Positions 37,094 through 46,984 of a stretch of DNA of 64,000 nt are shown one piece after another. This DNA is from an uncultured Chloroflexia bacterium (GTDB taxonomy: Bacteria; Chloroflexota; Dehalococcoidia; Dehalococcoidales; RBG-16-60-22). Under the pieces are notes generated by a model. It did not search any database, was not told where the DNA came from, and saw only the letters and a program-made list of their open reading frames with translations. The stretch is from contig CAVXAM010000005.1 of NCBI GenBank assembly GCA_963759785.1, positions 360,420 to 424,419 of the forward strand, written 5' to 3'. The translations under genes were made by a program, and so were the position numbers. Each line of letters begins with the position of its first letter. The first letter of the stretch is position 1.

Positions 37094-37120
37094 GTGGATT
37101 CTGGCTTTCGCCAGAATGAC
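37094..37120 (-). repeat. 27-nt palindromic intergenic element, copy 2 (inverted, variant stem)
   Basis: The minus strand reads gtcattctggcgaaagccagaatccac. Same flanks (gtcatt...aatcca) with compensatory stem changes. Confidence 0.8.
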
Positions 37121-37222
37121 ATGTTATTTAGTTATTGCATTAAAAATTTCAGGGAGGGAGAGACTGTTTTTGTCTCCTGTTCCCTCCCTGATATTGTACC
37201 ACTTATTTTTACGACTACGCGT

Positions 37223-39931
37223 CTAGTACCTTACTGCCGAGCAGCGGCAGGTAAGGCAACGCCTGGCTTCGTCAACGCAGGTCTTTTTGTCTTTGAAGCC
37301 GAGGTTAATCTCGCTAAAGTTGCTCTTCCGCTTGGCAGCTGGCGTGGTTTCGGTGCCGAATCGAGGTTCCTTCGTGTATTCCCTCAAGTGGAACTGGAAG
37401 GCAAATTCGGTAACATCCGCCAGAATCGGTTCCGGAGGAGCGGGCGGCAGGTCGACGCCGCGCAGGTAGCAGTTGATCGCGATAGCGGCTTTCTTGCCGT
37501 CAGCCATCGCCTCAATCATCGTGCCCTGGCCGCGAGCGACATCGCCGCCGGCGAAGACGCCTTTAACGCTGGTCGCCATATAGCGGTCTTTGGTCTCGAT
37601 GGTGCCGCGTTTGGTGGCTTTGACTTTGCTTTCTTTCATGAAGGAGAGGTCGACCCGCTGACCGATAGCGGTGATAACCATATCGGCTTCGATGGACTTC
37701 GTTTTCTTATCGTCATAAACCGGGGCGAACTGGCCGGCAGCGTTGTAGCAGGAGACGCAGCGCTTTAGCTCGACGCCCTTGACTTTAGCCGCTTTACCGC
37801 CGGTGGTGAGGATTGCTTTAGGACCCCAGCTCATATCGACTTTGATGCCTTCCTCGATAGCCTGCTCGATTTCCTCGTTCTGGGCAGGCATTTCGTCATG
37901 GCTGCACTCGAGGCAGACTACCTGGACGCTGCCGGCGCCGAGACGCAGTGCGGAGGAGGCGACGTCTATGGCGACGCTGCCGCCGCCAACGACGACGACG
38001 TTCTTGCCGACGGCTTGTTTCTTACCGAGGTTGACGTTTTTCAGGAAGGGCAGCGCCTGGACAATACCAGCCGCGTTCTCGCCGGGGACGTTGAGCTTGG
38101 CGCTATTTTGTGAGCCGACGGCGACGAATACCGCGCTATAGCCTTTCTTTAACAGGGCTTCGGGGGCTTTCACCGGGCTGCCGTTTTTGATTTCGATACC
38201 CATCTTCTTCAGGGCATCGATTTCCCATGCCACGACTTTTCTGGGCAGACGGTGCTCGGGTACGCCTAAAACCATCATGCCGCCAATCACGGAAGCCGCT
38301 TCGAAAACGGTGACGGCATAACCTTTCTTAATCAGGAAGTAAGCCGCGGTCAAACCGGCGGGACCGGAACCGACGACGGCTACTTTTTCTTTCTTAGTGA
38401 TGGGCAGTTTTTCCGGTAAGCACTGTGGCTTTAGATAGGCGAATTGGCCGGTTAAACCTTTTTCCATCACGTAGTCCGCCACGAAGCGTTTGATGTTGTT
38501 GATGCCGATGGGGTCGTCCAGCTTGCCGCGGTTGCATTCCTTTTCGCATTTATGCGGGCAAACGCGACCGAGCACGCCGGGGAAGGGTGTGTATTGCTTC
38601 AGGTAGCGGTAGGATTCTTCAATCTGCCCGCGGGAAACCATTAACACATAGGCGTTGATATCGAGTCCGGCGGGGCAGGTGTTCTGGCAGGGCGGCATGA
38701 ATGGCTCGGGTAACGGCCGAAGAGCCTGCGCCATATTGCTGGTGTTTAGTTTGGGGTCATATTTTTCACGGCCGATGTTGGGGTTGACGGCGCAGCGAAT
38801 CGCCAAACCGCGGTTGAAGCGGGCTAAGCAAACGTTGCAGCGTAAACATCGTACGACCTCGTCAACCCTACCTTCTTGCCATTTGTGCGGGGTGCGCTGG
38901 TCGGCAACCAGCTGGCGGCCCATCGTGATGGCGTCCGCCCAGCCTTTGCGCAGTACTTCTTCGGCAAGGTAGGGGTCATGCTGGCCGGGAACAATCAAAG
39001 GTATTTTTAGTTCTTTTTTGAAATTCTTAGCGTGATTGATGAAGCAGAACGGGTCCTGCGGGAAGAAGTAATGTCTGGCTTCGTAGGAACCGTCGGAGAG
39101 GTGAATATAGCTGGCGCCTAAATCTTCGCACCATTTCGCGACCTGTATCAGCTCTTCCTCGTGGATGGCGCCTTCCATATGCTCGTCACCGCTAAGGCGG
39201 ATGCCTAAACAAAAGTCCGGACCAACTCTCTTACGAGAGGCAACCAGCAGGTTCTTCAGGAAGCGGAAGCGGTTCTCTAGCGAGCCGCCGTATTCGTCCG
39301 TTCTCTGGTTAGAACGCGGCGAAAGGAACTGGTGGATGAGGTAGCCGTGGGGACTATGAAACTCGACGGCGTCATAGCCGCAGATTCTGGCGGCGGCGAC
39401 GGCGGTGGGGAATGTCTCCTCCATGTAGTGAATCTCTTCCATAGTCAGTACCTTGGGCATAGAGGTCGCGCCCAGCGTTTGCGCTTTCGTTTCATAGCCG
39501 CGGGGCATGATTCTCTGTTCGTAGTCCTGCGGACGTTGGGAGGGGATGGCGGAAGGAGCCCCCGGGACTTCACCGGAAGTTTTACTGGAGCCCTGGCGGC
39601 CGAAGCTGGGGGTAATCTGGATAAACGCTTTAGCGCCGCATTGCTTGATGCCTTCGGCGAGGTTCGACTGACCTTCGTAGTAGGAACGGCCGCTGATGCG
39701 CGGGTTGCCGAAGCTGGTTGTCTTGGCGCCCCAGTCGGTGGCGAAGGTGCACTCGATGGTGATGAATCCGGCGCCGCCTTCCGACCTGCCGGCGTAAGAG
39801 TAGATACATTCTTCTCTAATAAAGCCGTTCTGGTCTGCGCCGCCGGTGGTGGTGCAGGAACCGCCGATTCTGTTTTTTATCTCTAGCGGTCCTAATTTAA
39901 TAGGTGAGAATAAGATTGGGAATTCGGACAT
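37223..39931 (-). CDS. fusion oxidoreductase: OYE-like FMN domain, Fe-S linker and GltD-like Fe-S/FAD/NAD(P) domains
   Basis: N-terminal Oxidored_FMN-like TIM barrel. CLRCNVCLARF...C cluster as in 2,4-dienoyl-CoA/2-enoate reductases. GltD-type CPAGLD...CPHKCEKEC. Dinucleotide motifs VVGSGPAGL and VVGGGSVAID, then GGDVARG. Confidence 0.8.
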   Translation of the reverse strand: MSEFPILFSPIKLGPLEIKNRIGGSCTTTGGADQNGFIREECIYSYAGRSEGGAGFITIECTFATDWGAKTTSFGNPRISGRSYYEGQSNLAEGIKQCGAKAFIQITPSFGRQGSSKTSGEVPGAPSAIPSQRPQDYEQRIMPRGYETKAQTLGATSMPKVLTMEEIHYMEETFPTAVAAARICGYDAVEFHSPHGYLIHQFLSPRSNQRTDEYGGSLENRFRFLKNLLVASRKRVGPDFCLGIRLSGDEHMEGAIHEEELIQVAKWCEDLGASYIHLSDGSYEARHYFFPQDPFCFINHAKNFKKELKIPLIVPGQHDPYLAEEVLRKGWADAITMGRQLVADQRTPHKWQEGRVDEVVRCLRCNVCLARFNRGLAIRCAVNPNIGREKYDPKLNTSNMAQALRPLPEPFMPPCQNTCPAGLDINAYVLMVSRGQIEESYRYLKQYTPFPGVLGRVCPHKCEKECNRGKLDDPIGINNIKRFVADYVMEKGLTGQFAYLKPQCLPEKLPITKKEKVAVVGSGPAGLTAAYFLIKKGYAVTVFEAASVIGGMMVLGVPEHRLPRKVVAWEIDALKKMGIEIKNGSPVKAPEALLKKGYSAVFVAVGSQNSAKLNVPGENAAGIVQALPFLKNVNLGKKQAVGKNVVVVGGGSVAIDVASSALRLGAGSVQVVCLECSHDEMPAQNEEIEQAIEEGIKVDMSWGPKAILTTGGKAAKVKGVELKRCVSCYNAAGQFAPVYDDKKTKSIEADMVITAIGQRVDLSFMKESKVKATKRGTIETKDRYMATSVKGVFAGGDVARGQGTMIEAMADGKKAAIAINCYLRGVDLPPAPPEPILADVTEFAFQFHLREYTKEPRFGTETTPAAKRKSNFSEINLGFKDKKTCVDEARRCLTCRCSAVRY

Positions 39932-39958
39932 TTTTTCTCCTTTCCTTTTATATCCGTA

Positions 39959-41011
39959 TTATTTTACACGTCTCTTGGACGTGTCTATACCGAGTATTTT
40001 AGCCAGGTTTTCGCCGAAGATTTTCCGCTTGACTTCATCGGTTACTGGCGCGAAGCCGTAGCCCTTCTGCAGTTCTTCCGGCATCTCAAAGGTTCTTAAG
40101 CCGATGATTGCTTCTCTGAATAATCCGCCGGGACCATAAAAGTCGGTGCCCCAGACGATGCGGTCGGGTCCGGCAAACTGTATAGCCTCACCGATTATTT
40201 CGGCTAGACGCCGCGGTGCCGCTTTATACCAGGGCATAATCAAGCTTAAGCTGATATATACATTGGGGTGGCTTAAAGCTATCATGTTCAGGTCATGGCA
40301 TTGCGGCCAGCCGGCATGGAACGCGATTATTTTCAGGTCGTAGAAATCATTCACGACATCATCCAGCAGTACCGGCAGGCAGTATTTAGCTTTACCCGGG
40401 GGACACCAGCTCCAACCGGTGTGGATGGAAACGGTGACTCCCAGCTCATTGCATCTCTTGTAGAAAGGCCATATCCTCTCGTCGTTGATATAGGTATCTT
40501 CCGGAGGATAAAACTTGAATAGCTTGCAGCTCCTTTCCTGTACCAGGTAATCGAGCTCCCAGAGGACATCTTTCATGTCTCTCTTCGCGAAGGGACCGAC
40601 ATTAGGCTGGACGATGAGTCTATCCGGGTATTTTTCGGCGGCGAGTAATAGGTGGCCGTTGGTGGACCATTTGGTGGAATAGCCTGTAGTTTCCATCATG
40701 GATTCGGGGAGGATACAGGCCATATCCAAGCCGTAGCGGTCCATGTAAACTATCAGCTGGTCTTCTTCCGCCAGTTCCGATTTTTCGGCTTTGGTTACCG
40801 GCGGTTCTTTCCAGTCTTTAGTAACGTGGTGGGGGACGGCATTAAAAGCGCGGGCGGTTTCCGCCGTGCCCCAGACCCACTTCCGGTATTCGGGGAAGTA
40901 GTTGAAGTATTTCTTGTTCGCCTCGCCGCTAAGATGGCATTCGACGTCAATCTTGAAATAGTCGTCTTTAACAAATTCGGGATACTTTGCCTGTTCCTTT
41001 GTCTGTGCCAT
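39959..41011 (-). CDS. amidohydrolase_2 family protein (ACMSD/LigW/LigI-like decarboxylase or hydrolase)
   Basis: IDVECHLS near the N-terminus, then IHTGW, FHAGWP and WGTDF metal/active-site strands in the order typical for this family. Confidence 0.7.
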   Translation of the reverse strand: MAQTKEQAKYPEFVKDDYFKIDVECHLSGEANKKYFNYFPEYRKWVWGTAETARAFNAVPHHVTKDWKEPPVTKAEKSELAEEDQLIVYMDRYGLDMACILPESMMETTGYSTKWSTNGHLLLAAEKYPDRLIVQPNVGPFAKRDMKDVLWELDYLVQERSCKLFKFYPPEDTYINDERIWPFYKRCNELGVTVSIHTGWSWCPPGKAKYCLPVLLDDVVNDFYDLKIIAFHAGWPQCHDLNMIALSHPNVYISLSLIMPWYKAAPRRLAEIIGEAIQFAGPDRIVWGTDFYGPGGLFREAIIGLRTFEMPEELQKGYGFAPVTDEVKRKIFGENLAKILGIDTSKRRVK

Positions 41012-41092
41012 AGATTTACTCCTTTTTCAGGAACATTTACCGCTACTCGTGATGAGCCTGCTTGCCCTACGTAGCTTTAGCATAGTAGGGCT

Positions 41093-42010
41093 TTATTTCT
41101 TTTCCGGGCGGTAGCTGCGGAAATACTTCGTCTTGTTCAGGCGTTCTTCGTATTTCTCGTGCATCTTATGGAAGGCTTCCCTTTCGCCCATGCTCTCGCG
41201 GTCGCGGATGAACATCAGCTCGCGCTCGTCGTCGCTGTACTTGAGGTTGGTGCTGAAGGTGTGATAGAGAATAACCTCTGAGAGGTTGGTTAAGCCCAGC
41301 CGGCTTAGCATATGGCGGCGGGCGAATTTGCCCATCACCACGCAGTCGCGGGGTAGTAGGGCAATGGCGGCAGCCAGGTTGTGCACTTCATTCTCCAGGT
41401 CTTCTTCGGGGACGGCTTTAGTTACATAGCCGGCTTCCTCGGCTTCGTCACCGCTGATGGTGCGGCCGGTGAGTAGGATTTCCTCGACCTTCTTGGTGTG
41501 GCCCATGACCAGCTCGAGTGGTAGGGTGGGCAGACCGCCGAAGGCGAGCCGCTGACCCATCTGGGATAATTTGGCATTTTTCGCAGCAATTACAACGTCG
41601 GCCGCTTTAGTGATGTACAGGCCGGCTTCGATAGCCCAGCCGTGCACCTGCACCATGACGACCTTGTTGCAATCCAGGATAGCCTGGGGGAATCCGTAAA
41701 GCTGGTCCTGGTCGGTTTGGAGTCTGATTCTCTGGCTGGGTTTGACGCCTTTGGCGCCGCCGTAGACGCGGTAGACCATGGAAAGGTCGAATCCGGCGCA
41801 GAAGTTCTTGCCGGCGCCCTTGAAGATAACGACATTGCAGTCATCATCATGGTTGATTTCCCACATGGCTTTTTTGATATCGCCGGTCATGTATTCTTCG
41901 CCGATGCTGATGCAGTTGTTCTTGTCCGGGCGATTCAGGGTGAGGTAGGTAATCTTTGGTTCTTCTTTATCCTTCTCGAGAAGGATAGATTCAAATTTCG
42001 GGTAAGACAT
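41093..42010 (-). CDS. enoyl-CoA hydratase/isomerase (crotonase) family protein
   Basis: KGAGKNFCAGFDL oxyanion-hole motif and overall crotonase length, with a C-terminal extension. Confidence 0.85.
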   Translation of the reverse strand: MSYPKFESILLEKDKEEPKITYLTLNRPDKNNCISIGEEYMTGDIKKAMWEINHDDDCNVVIFKGAGKNFCAGFDLSMVYRVYGGAKGVKPSQRIRLQTDQDQLYGFPQAILDCNKVVMVQVHGWAIEAGLYITKAADVVIAAKNAKLSQMGQRLAFGGLPTLPLELVMGHTKKVEEILLTGRTISGDEAEEAGYVTKAVPEEDLENEVHNLAAAIALLPRDCVVMGKFARRHMLSRLGLTNLSEVILYHTFSTNLKYSDDERELMFIRDRESMGEREAFHKMHEKYEERLNKTKYFRSYRPEKK

Positions 42011-42488
42011 TGTTTTCCTCCAGTTTTATTATTATTTTGCGTTTTTTATTTTTAAGGCACATTCGGAGACGCAGGATTAGGAGACAGGAGAATTAAAAGT
42101 TAGAATGAGCGGTGATTTAGCTGCTGTCGCTGCCGTAAATAGGCTGCGGCATGGTTCCGCGTCCCTTAAAAAGAGAGAATGCCTTTTTTCTTCCTTTAAG
42201 TAGTCCCATTTCACCAAACAACTTTAATATATATATTCAGGCTAATTGCCTTTCTAGTCGGTGGGGACAAACGTAAAAGAGATGTACAGGTGGTAGACGA
42301 AAGAAATATTCTCGAAAAAATCCCGTCCCCTATGTTCAATGTGCCTAACTATCTCCCTCTGAAGATAGTGCCGATATATTTTACTGTAATCTTGATTAGA
42401 CTGTCAAACAAGTAAACCAATCACGTTGTATTTTCCGTAATTTTACATAAAAATTTTGAGAATCCGGGGAGAATAAAAAAACGTAGAA

Positions 42489-45400
42489 TTATGATTGTCC
42501 TTTAACTTCGTGATGCAGCCGCATAAACTGGAAGGCTAAATTCCTATCCTCGGGCGCTATGGGTACTTTTTCTTCAATCGTGCTGATATCGAATTTAAAG
42601 ATTTTCGAAAGCGCCGCGTAAACAATATCGGGGTCGACGACTCCGGCTACATTTTTATATTGCGTCATGGTGAAGTCTTCGGCGGTGGGTGGTTCTCCAC
42701 CCGGTTTGGCTGGGGGCAGGTAGCACTTAAGTAACTTGATGGCGTTATACGGGTTTAGCTCGAATGATTTCGCCAGATAGCTGCTTGTTTCGTTTCTGGA
42801 GCCGTATTCCGCCCAGATGCCCAGCAGCATCGAGGCATCGGCAGGGTATTTTAGATATAGATTTTCTTTTCTCGTTACGTCACGGATTTTCGCGGCGAGT
42901 TTCTTCCCCAAAGAACGGCGCTCTTTTTCTTTTAAAGCGGCTTGAGCCGCGTCAGGCGCTTCGGGTTGCGCTGCCATCCACATAAAGCTCTTGGCGGCGA
43001 AAATAACAGTGGCAGCTTCTTTGTCTTTTTCCAACAGTGACGGATGCGGCTCGACTTTCTCCGCCTCCTTAGGTGCTTCGGGTATTACTGCGGTTGGTGG
43101 CAAGGTCGGCGACGGTCTTACTCGTTCGATGTCGCTTATTTTCGTCGTTGGCGGTGGACGTTGCGGACGTTCTTTCCATAGGGGCATCGTGAGGAATTTA
43201 AACGGTTTGCCGCGGAAAAGCAGTATTGCTACTGCCCCTAATAATAAAATCAGGATGAAGATGGCAACAGGTCCGTAAGACTGGCTGATGTTGATTATCT
43301 GTTCTACTAGGGAATATTTGGTTTCGGGCGGGGCGGTTACCGTTAAAGCAATAGATTCGGGCGGCGCTGTTTCTATAATGAGGCCGGTCGTCTCCTCGGG
43401 TTCATTGATAACGTTAAACGTGGCGAGTCCTGACCAATTACTTAAACGGGGCTTGGTCGCTCTAACTTGCCAGAAGTAAGTTCCTCCATATTCAAGGGGA
43501 ATTTCTACTTTATAGGTGGTAGATTCAACAAACGTGTCGACGAGCAGGCTTTTCATCTCCCAATCATCGCTTAATCTGAATTCATATTCAGTAATGCCGC
43601 TTAAAGGCGACCATGAAAGCGTTGGATTTGGGTCTAAAGGTTGATTGGTCCGGTATAATTTAATGGTCTCAAAAGCGGCGCTGCCAAGCCGATCAATAAT
43701 AAAGTATCTGATTTCTGAATATGGACTGTAACTGGGTATAGAAACCCGTACTTTCCAGTAGTAGCGGCTGTCCGGTTCAAAATCGATTTGTTGAGCGCCC
43801 GCTTGATGCGGTCCGACGATCACACCGATAATATCGTCCGTTGAATTGACCGATATTACGTACACGTTAGATTTAAAACTAATATCCTGCGAGATAAAGA
43901 GTTGATAACCGGTGGCTATGGAAGGACGTTCCCAGCTAAAAGAAACATCGTAGGCGGTAAAGTTAATGACATTGACATTGACGTGATATCCGTCCGGCGG
44001 GAGCAATAAGTTTATTTCAACGTCGACAATAACGTCGGTGTAAATGTATAACTTATCGCTGCCGATGGTAGTATTGGTGTTGATTGCCCATAGTGTATTA
44101 TAGCTTTCCTTTAGCGCCTGCGGGGCGGAATTCAACATCACGCCCGTATCGGCGGCGCGGAAAGTCCATTCTGTCGAGTCCGCGGTAGCGTTGGCCGGGG
44201 AGAGGTGTCGCCAGAGGGTGCTAACCTTAGAGACGTAGTTATACTCCAGGGCATAGAGCACGTCATTATTCACTACCAGCCCGTATATCCCCTTCTCAAT
44301 TGAACCGTCGAAAATATCCGTCCAGGACGTACTGGTCCCGATTATCCATTTCATAATGTTGCCGCCCTCTTGATCGCTGGCGGCATAGATTATCCTGTTT
44401 GAGCTAAAATTGTCATCCGGGGCTATCTGTACGCTGCCGGCGCCGAACTCGATTGGTTGGGGAATTTTCGTCCAGGTTGTACCGCCGTCGAACGTGTAAG
44501 AAACATATCCGTTTGTACTTCCGGCAAAGAGGATACTAGCACCGACACTGATTATTGTAGCGCCCGTGGTGAGGTCGGTTGAACTGGTAGTGTACCAGTT
44601 GAGGCCATTATCGGTGGTTCTAATCACGCTGCCAAGGTTATTAATAACGTAAACAACTTGGGAAGTTGTTACCGTTAAATCCTGGATAGTAATACTACAA
44701 ACGCGGATATGCCAGGGCGACATCCCGGCATTGCTGTTGTAATAAAAAGCGGTACCGTTTTTTTCCGTTAGATAGACAATATTTTCGTTCGATGGCGCGA
44801 TATGCACGCGGAAATCAGAGGTGTTTTTCTGACTGAATACCCGACGCCATATAGCGGAATCAAAGTACCACAAGCTGGCATTAGTGCTGTTTTCCGATAG
44901 GAGATAAATTATAGAGCCGTCGCTATTAACGGCGACATCATTAGCTGTAGAAATATCCGTGTCGATAAGGCTGATATCGTTAAAAGTGTTGCCGCCGTCC
45001 TCTGATAAGGCAAAGGCGCTTTCTTCACCCGAGGTGCCGGCGATGATGTTATTACCCATACAGGCGACTATAGTGTGGTTTACACCGCCCGGACATTTGG
45101 TGATATCGGAAGTACGAATGACCGGTGTTATTGCGCCGGAATTAGTGGAATAATAAACAGCGTTGGTGTTCGCCGAGCCGGCAGCTAAATGATAGCCGTC
45201 GTAAGTGATGCTGTATATCTTCTTGTTAAGAAGTAGTGCTTTTTTAACGGTATCGTCGTAACGATAAATACCGCTGGTGTTACTGGCGGAAACGCCGCCA
45301 TTAACGGTCAGCCCGATAAAGACTCGACGGTAATCGGGGTCATTGCCCATATAATCAGGCGAAAAGGCTAGAGCCGCCGAACTTACTCCAGTAAAAGTGG

Positions 45401-46181
45401 GGTTACTCATTATCGTGCAGGGGTAGCCGGCGAAACTGGCGGCGGTATTCCAGACACTGCTGGAAATATTCATGATTTGGAGTTTTACGTCCTTCGTACT
45501 GGCGTTAACGGTAATCGCCAGTGCGACTGTATCGGAAAAAAAATAGGGCGAAAAAGCTAAACTTACCGTTGCGCTGTCAGGGCTGAATCCGGCTAAAAAT
45601 CTTGTTTCGTGCCAGGCTGGCGAAAAGGCGCCTAAATTGAAATACCACAAGTTAGCGATATCGCCGGCTTCCTTACCGGCGACGCCGATATAATGCGCAT
45701 CAATTCTAAGCAAAGAAATCGTTAGGTCGTAAATTACTGCGGGCGGAGAACCCCCCGGGTTTTCTTTAACAGTCCCTAAAGACTGCCATGGTGGTGTGAT
45801 ACTGGAGCAAAAATAGATTTCCGGTGTCTGGTTATTGGCGATTGCTACCAGGTTATTATCGTCCGGCGCGATAGCCACCAAGTCGACCCGGATTGGCGTC
45901 TCCACCGTCGTCCACTTTAATCCGCCGTCAATCGATTTATAAATTATATGATCGCTGATGCTATCGCCGGGGGCGGCGTAAATGGTTAAGGCATCACTGC
46001 CGATGGCTAAATCGCGGATATCTACACCGGGGGGACCCAGGATATTATCTGTTCTCGATGGGATAGTTACCGGCGACCATTCCGACAGACCGGCAGTAAC
46101 TGGTTTAGACCAGACAAACAGGCTTGCCAGGACTATTACACATATGCCCAGGCTGATTATTCTTGCCATTTTCTGTATCAT
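42489..46181 (-). CDS. large type-I membrane surface protein: signal peptide, BNR/Asp-box beta-propeller region, two FN3-like modules, TM, 241-aa cytoplasmic tail
   Basis: Signal peptide ...LFVWSKPVTA. Asp-box motifs SIDGGLKW, SEDGGNTF, TDNGLNW, FDGGTTW. YYWKVRV and YFWQVRA modules. TM VAIFILILLLGAVAILLF at about 43215..43283. Confidence 0.75.
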   Translation of the reverse strand: MIQKMARIISLGICVIVLASLFVWSKPVTAGLSEWSPVTIPSRTDNILGPPGVDIRDLAIGSDALTIYAAPGDSISDHIIYKSIDGGLKWTTVETPIRVDLVAIAPDDNNLVAIANNQTPEIYFCSSITPPWQSLGTVKENPGGSPPAVIYDLTISLLRIDAHYIGVAGKEAGDIANLWYFNLGAFSPAWHETRFLAGFSPDSATVSLAFSPYFFSDTVALAITVNASTKDVKLQIMNISSSVWNTAASFAGYPCTIMSNPTFTGVSSAALAFSPDYMGNDPDYRRVFIGLTVNGGVSASNTSGIYRYDDTVKKALLLNKKIYSITYDGYHLAAGSANTNAVYYSTNSGAITPVIRTSDITKCPGGVNHTIVACMGNNIIAGTSGEESAFALSEDGGNTFNDISLIDTDISTANDVAVNSDGSIIYLLSENSTNASLWYFDSAIWRRVFSQKNTSDFRVHIAPSNENIVYLTEKNGTAFYYNSNAGMSPWHIRVCSITIQDLTVTTSQVVYVINNLGSVIRTTDNGLNWYTTSSTDLTTGATIISVGASILFAGSTNGYVSYTFDGGTTWTKIPQPIEFGAGSVQIAPDDNFSSNRIIYAASDQEGGNIMKWIIGTSTSWTDIFDGSIEKGIYGLVVNNDVLYALEYNYVSKVSTLWRHLSPANATADSTEWTFRAADTGVMLNSAPQALKESYNTLWAINTNTTIGSDKLYIYTDVIVDVEINLLLPPDGYHVNVNVINFTAYDVSFSWERPSIATGYQLFISQDISFKSNVYVISVNSTDDIIGVIVGPHQAGAQQIDFEPDSRYYWKVRVSIPSYSPYSEIRYFIIDRLGSAAFETIKLYRTNQPLDPNPTLSWSPLSGITEYEFRLSDDWEMKSLLVDTFVESTTYKVEIPLEYGGTYFWQVRATKPRLSNWSGLATFNVINEPEETTGLIIETAPPESIALTVTAPPETKYSLVEQIINISQSYGPVAIFILILLLGAVAILLFRGKPFKFLTMPLWKERPQRPPPTTKISDIERVRPSPTLPPTAVIPEAPKEAEKVEPHPSLLEKDKEAATVIFAAKSFMWMAAQPEAPDAAQAALKEKERRSLGKKLAAKIRDVTRKENLYLKYPADASMLLGIWAEYGSRNETSSYLAKSFELNPYNAIKLLKCYLPPAKPGGEPPTAEDFTMTQYKNVAGVVDPDIVYAALSKIFKFDISTIEEKVPIAPEDRNLAFQFMRLHHEVKGQS

Positions 46182-46236
46182 GGGTCTGTCGATAATATAG
46201 CACTTCCTCTTTTATTCGCCCTTGTTCTGTTGTTTA

Positions 46237-46876
46237 TTATAAATGCGTTTTTAGAATTTCCCTGGCTTTTTCTGGTAATTGATTAACCTTACCGGTGGAT
46301 AATGCCAACAGATAAACCCTGGCCGTCTTTTCGATTAGCTCGCAGGCGGTAAAAGCGTCCCGCATTGTCGGTCCGACCCCCACCGCCCCGTGGTTCGCTA
46401 ATAAAACAGCATTCCTCTTACCGAGTGCCGCCAGAACGTTGGTTAGCCATTTCCGGCGTGCCGCTGGGGGCATAGCCAGCCAGCTTTATTTCTCCGCCGA
46501 GGAATAACATCTGGTCTTCGAGTATCACCGGAATATCGAGACCGGCTACCGCTGCGGCGCTGGCGAAAACGGAATGGGTATGGATAATAGCGTTAACGTC
46601 TTTCCTTGCCTGGTAAATGCCGATATGCAGCGGCGTTTCTATCGAAGGCGCCAGGCTGCCTTCTACATTCTTCCCATCGAAGTCGATAATCGGGATATCG
46701 TCGATTTTCAGCGTATCATAATGGCGGGAGGTAGGGGTAATCGCCATTAGTTGGCGTTCGTCTTGGGCAGGTAACCGCAGACTGATATTCCCTGAAGTGC
46801 CGATTACCAACCCTTTGTCCGACATTTTCAAGGCGGCTTCGAGCACGGTTTTTCTAGCTTCTCGCCAATGGCTCAT
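46237..46876 (-). pseudogene. class II aldolase/adducin-family protein, one frameshift
   Basis: ORFs 46418..46876 and 46237..46473 together give a full-length aldolase (GTSGNIS...HTHS...ANHG). The frames switch near 46440-46460, between ...GTPEMA and NVLAALGKRNAVLLANHG. Confidence 0.65.
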
Positions 46877-46984
46877 CTGTTCATCCTGGTATAACTAGAA
46901 ATAATCCCACCGAGACGGCCAATGACGCCGTTAATAAATTTTAGTATACATTGGCGACTGGTTCAACATTTATTGCTATTTTAA

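Noticed and set aside
37034-37122. N-terminal 30 residues of ORF 35707..37122 (MSFWRKPESTPFPHYWIPAFAGMTNREEQT)
   Set aside because: This is the translation of the palindromic repeat pair. A proper ATG with a GGAGG RBS exists at 37033.
37094-37768. 224-aa plus-strand ORF
   Set aside because: It starts inside the palindromic repeat (MDSGFRQND) and runs antisense to the well-supported reductase gene.
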